Program-made: the position numbers and the translations under genes
The notes under the pieces: generated by a model
Database searches by the model: none
What the model was told of the DNA's origin: nothing
Seen by the model: the letters and a program-made list of their open reading frames with translations, nothing else
From: a virus
Virus record (IMG/VR): IMGVR_UViG_3300037310_000161
Direction: 5' to 3' (one strand)
Length of the DNA: 59,969 nt
In this document: positions 44,448-52,500 of the stretch, piece by piece
How the letters are laid out: each line of letters starts with the position of its first letter
How positions within the stretch are numbered: the stretch's first letter is position 1

Positions 44448-44727
44448 TACGGAGACAGCCGAGGACGTGGCGAGCTGGCATAACCACTACTATCCCAACG
44501 ATTTCCACTATTGTACGGAGACCCTCTACCGGACGAAAAAAGGCGGCTGGTTTCTCGCCGGGGAGGGTGGCCCTCTGAGTAAATACGCCAGATCCTGCGG
44601 GGACGGACGGCGCGGGGGCAAGGGGCTCTTCCCCATCACGGAGGAAGAAGCCCGGCAATGGCTGGAGGAGCGGGATGGGGTCGATGTGCTCGAAAAATAC
44701 TTCGGACACTTGGTCGAGGATGCCTGA
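44416..44727 (+). CDS. Hypothetical protein (103 aa)
   Basis: Trimmed to MRRIIDGKRYDTETAEDVA (ATG 44416, AAAGGGGAG RBS). It overlaps the integrase stop. Confidence 0.5.
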   Translation: MRRIIDGKRYDTETAEDVASWHNHYYPNDFHYCTETLYRTKKGGWFLAGEGGPLSKYARSCGDGRRGGKGLFPITEEEARQWLEERDGVDVLEKYFGHLVEDA

Positions 44728-44924
44728 TGGTCTTTGAGATCCTTCCCGGAAATCGGATCAAGCGGTTCAGGAACCGGCAGACCCGGTGCCGGTGCGGCAA
44801 GAAACGGCACGGCCGCCCTGGTGTCGGCCGGGGGGTATGTCACTGGGGAACTCAAAACAAACCGCGCCGCCGTGAGTGGAAGGTGGTCCCGTGGGAGGAG
44901 TCTTATGGAAGCACAAGCACTTGA
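44727..44924 (+). CDS. Small basic Cys-containing ORF (65 aa)
   Basis: TGATG coupling with the upstream stop. Sequence: MVFEILPGNRIKRFRNRQTRCRCGKKRHG... The composition is borderline for a real gene. Confidence 0.3.
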   Translation: MVFEILPGNRIKRFRNRQTRCRCGKKRHGRPGVGRGVCHWGTQNKPRRREWKVVPWEESYGSTST

Positions 44925-45036
44925 ATGGACATGGGACACCCCGGCAAAGCCTGGTTTTTACTGGTGCCACCAGAGTGGCCAAACCCGCATGGTCGAGGTC
45001 TGGGGTTATCGTAGCGAGGCAAATCGGCCAAACTAA
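44905..45036 (+). CDS. Small hypothetical protein (43 aa)
   Basis: A GGGAGGAG RBS lies 4 nt before ATG 44905. Sequence: MEAQALEWTWDTPAKPGFYWCHQSGQTRMVEVWGYRSEANRPN. Confidence 0.4.
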   Translation: MEAQALEWTWDTPAKPGFYWCHQSGQTRMVEVWGYRSEANRPN

Positions 45037-45138
45037 AGGCTTTTTACCAGTGAGGGCGGCGGAGCGGTGGTCGATGGCATAAATTACTATGGCGCCGCGT
45101 GGTACGGCCCGATTGAGCCGCCGGGATATGTCACTCCC

Positions 45139-45160
45139 GGCGAGCAATCAGGTGAGCAAT
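45139..45160. promoter_or_regulatory. Left arm-type repeat pair (GG[CT]GAGCAAT in 2 copies) flanking the tRNA-like core
   Basis: ggcgagcaatcaggtgagcaat read at 45139-45160. The same dimer occurs at 45372-45394. Confidence 0.55.
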
Positions 45161-45223
45161 TCACTACTAAGTTTGCGTGAGCTGCGCGGGGAAACCGCCG
45201 GTTTATCCGGGATTGGCGCCAAC

Positions 45224-45315
45224 GGATGAATGCGGGTCTGGGGCTCTCGCTCGCCTGCTAAGCGAGTGTAGTCCGTAGAGGGCTACCGAGGGTTCGAATC
45301 CCTCTCTCTCCGCCA
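45224..45315 (+). tRNA. tRNA-Ser(GCU)-like element with a defective acceptor stem, the probable attP core
   Basis: Anticodon arm CTCGC-CUGCUAA-GCGAG (45250-45266, anticodon GCU). Long variable arm GTAGTCC-gtaga-GGGCTAC. T arm GAGGG-TTCGAAT-CCCTC, then 3' TCTCTCC-G-CCA ending at 45315. The only 5' partner, GGATGAA (45224-45230), leaves 2 mismatches out of 7. Confidence 0.55.
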
Positions 45316-45330
45316 AATCAACAAGTTAGC

Positions 45331-45368
45331 CCACCCCCCTGGACACAAGACCCAGGGGGTGGTTTTTT
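45331..45368 (+). terminator. Rho-independent terminator closing the plus-strand arm
   Basis: CCACCCCCCTGG-acacaaga-CCCAGGGGGTGG followed by TTTTTT. Confidence 0.8.
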
Positions 45369-45371
45369 AAC

Positions 45372-45394
45372 AGGTGAGCAATCAGGCGAGCAAA
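45372..45394. promoter_or_regulatory. Right arm-type repeat pair (GG[TC]GAGCAA in 2 copies)
   Basis: aggtgagcaatcaggcgagcaaa read at 45372-45394. Confidence 0.55.
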
Positions 45395-45495
45395 ACGTTT
45401 TTGGGAGGGTTGATTCGGGGTCCATGCCCAGGTATGGGTCACCCCGAGATCTCCGGAAAAAAGGGCAAAATAGCGCGAAAAATTTTGGAGAATCG

Positions 45496-45789
45496 TTACT
45501 CGAAAGTACCGTAGACGGAAAAAAGGGCCGTCTCCCCCCTCCCGGACCACCCCGCCAGCGTCAAGCCCGCCTGCACCCGGTATTCCCCGACCTGATCGAG
45601 ATCCCCCGTAATGGTGATGTATCGAAGATACCGGGTCTCGCCGTCTATTGTGTGAACGCTTGCGGTTTTGGAAACCGTGGTGCCGTTCGGTTTCTTGATG
45701 TGGATCTTGGGGGACGTGGCCCCGGTGATATCCGACCCGCAGTCCACGATGATCTCGGTTCCGATGTCGCCTGTATAATATTTGTTCAT
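45496..45789 (-). CDS. Small beta-rich virion-module protein (97 aa), the last gene of the late operon
   Basis: Track ORF with an AGGGAG RBS. No family recognised. Confidence 0.55.
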   Translation of the reverse strand: MNKYYTGDIGTEIIVDCGSDITGATSPKIHIKKPNGTTVSKTASVHTIDGETRYLRYITITGDLDQVGEYRVQAGLTLAGWSGRGETALFSVYGTFE

Positions 45790-45801
45790 TGCCTGTGCTC
45801 C

Positions 45802-46662
45802 CTAGAAATTCGTGGCTGGCTCGTCTTCCAGGTCCATATCGGACACAAGGGTCATCGAACGGTTGCATGGTGACCGGAGGGCCACCGTCTGGTTCAACGT
45901 CGAGTCAAGCATCGCCGCCGGGTGGATGAAGGACCGGAGGCGGGCTTTTTCCAGAATGAGTCGGGTCACCGCCGCCGCCGCGTTTTGGGTCAGGGTCAGC
46001 GACAGGGTTCCGACCGGGTAAGCCTGCTCCACACTGACCGGGTTCACGGTCAAGGTGAGGGTCTGTGCGTCCAGAGTGATTTTGCAGTCCGCCTGGATCG
46101 ACGGGGGGAGTACCGTCAGATCGAGCCCCAGTGCCGCGCCGATGTCAACGGTCATGTCAACGACCGCACCTCCGGCAGCATGAAGCAAGGCCAGCGTCAA
46201 GGCCTGCGCCGCCACTTGTATGGTCGAGCTGACAGAGACCCCGGCGGGTTTTAGCTCAAGCTGGCAGGAAAGCGCCGAGACGTTTACCGTCGAAGAGATG
46301 CCGCCGGTGGCGCCGTGAAGCGTGAGTGTGAGGTTTTGCGGGTTGAGAGACAGGGTGCAGGACACCCCGGCACTCGCGGGAAGAAGCCCCAGGGAAAGAG
46401 CCAGCGGTTCCCCGAGTACCACCCCGCCGGAAATCGAAAGCGCGGGGCTCTTGAGCGACAGGGTCAGATCCTGGGTGCCTGAGAGCGCCGCCGTGCAGGA
46501 TATGGCAACCGTCGGGGTCTTTTTAGTGAGGGTGAGCCCGAGGGCGTTCAGGGCGGCGACGACATCCCCGGCGGCGTAAAACGGCACGATCTGGCCATCG
46601 ATCCAGGCCCACTCCGTGCTCGCGATGATGAACTGCCCGTCTACCCACTTTTCTGCCGCCAT
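45802..46662 (-). CDS. Leu/Thr/Ser-repeat structural protein (286 aa)
   Basis: Track ORF with repeated L.LTL motifs. Its start shares a base with the tailspike stop (TGATG). Confidence 0.55.
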   Translation of the reverse strand: MAAEKWVDGQFIIASTEWAWIDGQIVPFYAAGDVVAALNALGLTLTKKTPTVAISCTAALSGTQDLTLSLKSPALSISGGVVLGEPLALSLGLLPASAGVSCTLSLNPQNLTLTLHGATGGISSTVNVSALSCQLELKPAGVSVSSTIQVAAQALTLALLHAAGGAVVDMTVDIGAALGLDLTVLPPSIQADCKITLDAQTLTLTVNPVSVEQAYPVGTLSLTLTQNAAAAVTRLILEKARLRSFIHPAAMLDSTLNQTVALRSPCNRSMTLVSDMDLEDEPATNF

Positions 46663-49058
46663 CAGCTTATCACCACCTTCGGGTCAACCCACACGGTTTT
46701 TCCGGACTCGTACCCGAGAAGCCATAGCTCCAGGCGCACCCAGCCTTCCTGCTGCTGAGTAAATGAAACTTCCACGTACTGGGACCAATCCGATTGGGAC
46801 GTTCGGGTCGTAATGCTCTCATCGGAAGTCACTACTGCGGTCGAGGGGATGGTCGCATTGTCAAAGTATTGCGCCGTGAACTCCAACTCTTCAGCGGGCA
46901 GGGTCGCAAAATCACTCTGCACATAGATCCGCAGGGTTTTGGCTCCCGTAGTCAACCATATGGCGGTTTTAAGAATCTCAAATTTTCTAAGCGCATATGC
47001 CGGACTAGCTTCACTGTTTGGAACAACTTGAAAAATATATGCAGATCCTCCACTTCTCTGAGATGGATTACTTCCAGAACCATTAGCAGAAATTTTAGTG
47101 GATGTTCCATACATAGTATATTTGATATGAGTATTCAAAATTTGATTATCATGCTCAGATGTGAGTGAAAATTGATCATCATTGGAAGCATTATTAGATA
47201 TAAGACTAGTAGTAGCATATTTTAGGTTTCTACACTGGATAGATCTAGTCCCCCCTCTAATATCAAAAGCGGTAACAGGAGTAATCGGACAATTTCCATC
47301 TCTGTCATAACCAATGTTACCAGAAAAAATTCCTCCAAAATTTACCCCGGTATATACAAATTTATATAACTGATACGCATAAAAATCATCTTTTATTACA
47401 AATTGAGAAGGGATTGGAGCGTTAAAAGACGTATAAAATATCTGCCCACAATCTTTACACTCTCCGGATATTTGGCCCCTATATATAGTTCCATTAAATA
47501 CTAGTGAGCATTGTTCAGCATAAAAAGTACTTGTAGTTTCAAGCCAATATACAGTTCCAAAAACATTTGTAATTGACCTATATACTTTTGCACCAAAAAG
47601 AATTTTTGCATTATAAGTATTATAATTATCTACGACATTCCCACAACCGTACATCTCACAAGTAGAAGTAAAAGTTACAACCCCATTATTAGTATTAGCG
47701 GAAATTGCAGCCGTACCACATCCAAAAAACTTAGCATTAATTTCACCACTCGATATAGTGTGCAGACCATAACACAGACCGGCAAAATGAGTGTTACTAT
47801 CTACAGAAAGAGTGCCAGACATTGTCCTAATACCGACAGTAACAGCAGAGACACTACCGCCAGCAAAAACAGCGTTAGAAACAGTCACATTGGAGGCATA
47901 ATACGTAGCTCCACTGCAACCCCAATAACACCCACCAGATATTACGTGACCAACCCCATAATATATAAAATATCCCACTGCAGAAGTTGATGTTGTGCCA
48001 AAACTACCTATTTCACATTGAAATATACCACCATGAGTGGCAGTTAACCCATAATCAATTATATATGTAGTATTAATAGTTGTGTAAGTTCTTATTGAAA
48101 CATTTCTACTTAATAAATAAATTCGACTCTTGGAATCTATTGTGCTGTCAACATTATTTCCTAGAGTTATTGAAGTGGAGCTTATACTTGAAAGTGTAGA
48201 AGTTTGACTATCTGGATATATTGTGGATGCTATACCATCTATAAGTGCTACCCTATTATGGTCTGCTGTAGTGGCCCATTGGGAATCACCTGTAACATCA
48301 GTATTAACCGCTAACACGCCCGTAGAAGTATTGGTAAAAGGAGACCAAACTGAAATAGTGCCACTTCCATCAGTAGTTAAATCAATAATTCCAAAAGCTA
48401 TACTATAACAATTAGTCTGTAATTTTATAGTGTTTGTTGTAACTGCTGTTGTATAATAAATTTTATTTTCTTGAAGAGGGGCAGGAAGGCTGCCTCCAGA
48501 AACAGTCAAATAAACGGGAGTGTAATTTGCAAGTCCATGGGAAGTGAATGTTAAGGTGTCGTTTGCTGCTGAACCAACCCACCCGGATTGCTGCTTGCCT
48601 TTTATCTCTGCGTACTTGATCGTAGGGTCGGTACAATAGAGGGCGATGTCCAGGTTCGCCGCGTTGATCTTCGCGGTTCCGGCAAGGTGGATGATCGCCT
48701 TATAGGCAAACGCGAGAGGCGATGTTCCGCCCCATGTCCCGTTGCTGTTCGCGAGCAGGCGCCCACGGTTCGTACTGGTTGTCCCCGCAATACTGCACGC
48801 TGTTTTGACCTTTAGGAATCCCGAGGTTCCGTCATGAAATTCCAGCATTCCGGGAGGGGCTCCCCCACGGATCGTAAGGCCCCCCAGCCCATCGGCAAAC
48901 CCGCTCTGGTCAGCATCCATCGTGACGGTCACGCCCGCGCAGATGTAGACCACGTCATTGTTGGCGGGAACGGTAGCCCCGCCCGAACCCCCATCGCTGT
49001 CGCTCCACGTGCTGGTGGAAGACCAGAGCCCCGAGGCTACCGCATATTTGTTTGCCAT
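46662..49058 (-). CDS. Tailspike / receptor-binding protein with a beta-helix-like core (798 aa) and mosaic base composition
   Basis: N-terminus MANKYAVASGLWSSTSTWSDSDGG...VVYICAGVTVTMDAD. The centre is long and Ser/Thr/Asn/Gly-rich with periodic G.C/Y.G strands. The call as a beta-helix depolymerase-like spike rests on pattern and position only. Confidence 0.65.
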   Translation of the reverse strand: MANKYAVASGLWSSTSTWSDSDGGSGGATVPANNDVVYICAGVTVTMDADQSGFADGLGGLTIRGGAPPGMLEFHDGTSGFLKVKTACSIAGTTSTNRGRLLANSNGTWGGTSPLAFAYKAIIHLAGTAKINAANLDIALYCTDPTIKYAEIKGKQQSGWVGSAANDTLTFTSHGLANYTPVYLTVSGGSLPAPLQENKIYYTTAVTTNTIKLQTNCYSIAFGIIDLTTDGSGTISVWSPFTNTSTGVLAVNTDVTGDSQWATTADHNRVALIDGIASTIYPDSQTSTLSSISSTSITLGNNVDSTIDSKSRIYLLSRNVSIRTYTTINTTYIIDYGLTATHGGIFQCEIGSFGTTSTSAVGYFIYYGVGHVISGGCYWGCSGATYYASNVTVSNAVFAGGSVSAVTVGIRTMSGTLSVDSNTHFAGLCYGLHTISSGEINAKFFGCGTAAISANTNNGVVTFTSTCEMYGCGNVVDNYNTYNAKILFGAKVYRSITNVFGTVYWLETTSTFYAEQCSLVFNGTIYRGQISGECKDCGQIFYTSFNAPIPSQFVIKDDFYAYQLYKFVYTGVNFGGIFSGNIGYDRDGNCPITPVTAFDIRGGTRSIQCRNLKYATTSLISNNASNDDQFSLTSEHDNQILNTHIKYTMYGTSTKISANGSGSNPSQRSGGSAYIFQVVPNSEASPAYALRKFEILKTAIWLTTGAKTLRIYVQSDFATLPAEELEFTAQYFDNATIPSTAVVTSDESITTRTSQSDWSQYVEVSFTQQQEGWVRLELWLLGYESGKTVWVDPKVVIS

Positions 49059-49074
49059 TCCCGTCCCCTAACTT

Positions 49075-49485
49075 TTAGCTTTGGGTGAAAATCCCGTCCG
49101 TGTGAAACTGAAGCGTGAAGGTGCCATTCTCGACGGTCTTGTCCGCCCCGAGGTCGAACAGGCAAACCAGTGGGTCATTTGCCGCCGTCTCATCGAGAAT
49201 GACCGCATATCGGCACGTGAACGTGGCCCCTGTCCAGGAGGGGTTATCCGCATCAAAAGTTACGACCGCGCCGTCCCGCGTCCAGGTCACACCCGTTAGA
49301 GCTTTGTCTTTTTGAGTGTATCCCCCGGAGGACGCAAGCTCGTCTGAAAGGTCTGCATAAACCGCGTCGGTTGCGTCCGGGGTGTAGGAACTGCTCAGAA
49401 GGACGACCTTGAAAGTGTCATTGTCGAGATCAATGGTGCCGTCGCCCAAGAACTCTCTGAAACTGTTGAAAAACATGTCCGCCAT
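49075..49485 (-). CDS. Conserved-looking virion protein (136 aa) between the giant ORF and the tailspike
   Basis: Track ORF with an AAAGGAG RBS. Sequence: MADMFFNSFREFLGDGTIDLDNDTFKVVLL... Confidence 0.6.
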   Translation of the reverse strand: MADMFFNSFREFLGDGTIDLDNDTFKVVLLSSSYTPDATDAVYADLSDELASSGGYTQKDKALTGVTWTRDGAVVTFDADNPSWTGATFTCRYAVILDETAANDPLVCLFDLGADKTVENGTFTLQFHTDGIFTQS

Positions 49486-49580
49486 TGGAAAGCTCCTTTT
49501 CTGTGGGGGCCTTCCAGTGTGTGTGGGTCTGACCCGGTTGACTTCAGCCTATTTTAGGAGAGTGGCGGGGATTTGTCCAG

Positions 49581-52500
49581 CTAATCCGCCGTCGCGGCGA
49601 GAAGCGCCCGCTCCCGCCTGCCGGGTTGCCGCATCCGGTTTATCTGACCCCGCAGTGCTTCCCTGCTGATGAGTGGAACGTAGGCCTGCCGCCCGGCCGA
49701 AAGCACCCGGTTGTTGTAAGCCGCCACCTGATCCATGATGATCTTGAGCTCCACCGGATCCTTGGCGCCGTCTGACACGTATGCCCGATACCGCTCGTAG
49801 ATCTTCCCCCTGGATTCGCCATAGCGGGACAGCTCCGCCTTAGCCTCGAACTGCCGCTCTTCGTGCATGGCCCGCTCGGATCCCCGGAACCCCGAAGCCC
49901 GCTGCATGGTCTCGGTCGTGCTCGGCCGGTACGGTTTCCCGTTCTTATCCCACACCTGCTTGCCGGAGCTGGTGGTGACCGAATCCAACTCCCGGAAGGC
50001 CCGAACGAGATTCGAGGCGAATGCCGGAAGCGCCTTTTCAGCCGCCTTGAGGGGCTGCCCGGTGGAGAGATACCCCCCGGCTTTCTGGATATCGGTCGCA
50101 ACCCCGCCGAAAGGCCCGGTAAGGTCGGTAAGAGTTTTAGGGACTTCGAGCCCGATGGCGAGAGACCCCGAGATATCGACCCCCAGAAGGCCCATGATCC
50201 CGTACCGGGCGCCTTTCTCCGCCGTGTCCCCGAGAGTCTTCCGGATGGTGTCGTAGACCATTTTCTCCGGGTCGCGGTCGTCGTCTGCGGCTCCGAGGAT
50301 CCCCCGAGCTATCGCCATGGCGGCGGCATAGCCCGCAAATCCCGAAGCCCCGCCGAGGACCGCCGGTGCCGCCAGGGCGAAAGCCAAGCCCTTGGCGTCT
50401 TGCCTGTTCAGCTTGTGCTCGAAGAGCATCTGCACGTAGTTGTGGGCAAACTTCTGAAACGTGTAGCCGGTCTGCGCGATCTTGGCGAACGGGTTGGTCC
50501 CCATGGCCCACGTCGGGAGCGTCCCCTTGCCGTACACCCCGTGCGCCCGCTCGGTTGCGAGCTGCGCGTTCTTTGCCGCCGTCGCGGCGTTCTGCCCCTG
50601 CGCCCGGGCCATCCGGTACGCGGCAAGAAGGGTCGTCCCACGGTTCCACTGCTCGGTTTTCCCGAACATCCACATGGCTTTGTCCATGACCTTAGACCAC
50701 ACGCCGCCGAACCCCTGATCCAACTCCCGCATGGCCTCCCGCACAAGCTGCGGGTTGTCCACCCCACGGGTGTGAACGTCGGCCATGAATGTCCGCTCCT
50801 CCTCGTTTGCAAACTCCTTTCCGCCCATGAAGGCCCCGTAATCTTTACCCGCCGTGAACAGCTCCTGCCCGATCTTGAGGAGGCTCCCCTTGCCGCCCAG
50901 TGCAAACTTGAGAATGGCGGGGGGTGCTGTCGTGGCCTGCGCCGTCACGTTGACGAGGGCCGACCTCGGGTTGAATCCCAGGTACTTGAAAGACACGATG
51001 GATTTCCCGAGCGCGATAGCCCGGTCCCACCTGTCGGCGTTCCGCATCTGCTCTGTGACGTATCCCTTGAGCCAGGAGTAGCGCTTAGGCTCTTTCACGG
51101 CATCAACGTCCATGAGCGCGGCCATCATCTTCTGCCCGGCTTCCGCCTTGGCGATACCGCCCGCGATCTGGGCGACGTAATTTCCAACCCTTTGGGCCGG
51201 GTCCGTGATGTAGCCCCGGACCACCTCGCCATCGCGCCCCGTTCGTGCGATCTTATGCGCCCGGAAGGCCCGGGCCTTCAGCATGTTGGATGCGGACACC
51301 AGGACTTCGCCCTGGAGGGCCGCGTTCAGCGCCGGGTGCTGGACCGCCTGATTGACCGCGTACTCGATGGCTTTTCCCATGTCCACGATGTTGAGGTTCA
51401 TCTGGATGTCTTCGGGGAGCTTCGAGACCAGGCCGTCCCGGAAGTTCGTGTAGCCTTCCCGCCCAAGCTGAAGCTTGAGCTTTTCGATCTGCCGCTGGCT
51501 TCCCTTGTGGAAGCGGTAGAAGTTGCCGTCCTTATCCTTGGCCGTCAGGAAATATTCTCCAGGCTCCCTGGACCGGGGGGCGTAAAAGCCCTTGAGTTCC
51601 CCCATCTCCTGGTAGAGAAGCAGGAGCTGGGAAAGGGTGTATTTCTGCTTGCGCCCGTCTCCCAGCGGGATCTCGATTGACGGCTCGCCCTGATCTGCTG
51701 GCGGTTTGTTCGGGTTCTTCTTCTCTTTTTCCAGGGTGTCGATGATGTCTTTGACCGGCTGTCTCAGGTACTCCAGCAACTCATCGAACGTCTTGCGAAC
51801 AGAGTCGACGGCCGCGAGCCCTTCGGCCGAAAGCCCGGACTTGGACCTCATCTCCGACCACTTGACCTCGTTCACGTCCATATCGTCCAGAATCTTTTCG
51901 ACCTTCGCATACTCCGCCGGGTCGGCTTTCCTGAGAGCGGACAGGCGGTCTACCGGGTCTTTATGCTTGAGGTAGATCTCGTTTTTGCGCTCTTCCCGGT
52001 GCTGGGTCGCATCATAGGCCTGCTTCACCGTCGGGTGGTCTATGTACTCCGGGGTTCGGAGCATACTCTCAAGGAACGTCATGTCCTTGGGGTGCAGGGC
52101 CTTCTTGAACGCCTGCACGGTCGAGGTGACTTCGTCTCTCATCTTGGACTTGAGCGAGGCATGGATGTCCGGGTTGCTGGGGTCGAACGTGCCGCGATTA
52201 AAAATGGATTTAATTTGAGTTGGAGAGAAAACAACATAAATATCATCAGTTATTGGATCATTCACATTTTTAAAAATTACTCCGTCGTTACCATCCGCTA
52301 TAGCTTCATCTAAAATCTCTGAAAAAGTTATATCGCCCCGCACTTCATGGTTAAAATCATGAATCTTAGGATTTTTTATAGATAAATATGCTGGAATTAT
52401 TCCTGGATTAAATTTTGCATATCGATCTCTCTGTAAATACATTTTTACAAAATAGTCAACCTTGTCTTTCTCTAGCTTAGCCTCATAAAATTCAACAGTA

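Noticed and set aside
45326-45868. 180-aa minus-strand ORF and 149-aa plus-strand ORF spanning the terminator and the 97-aa gene
   Set aside because: They cross a strong terminator hairpin and overlap the better-supported 45496..45789 gene. They have no RBS and an odd composition.
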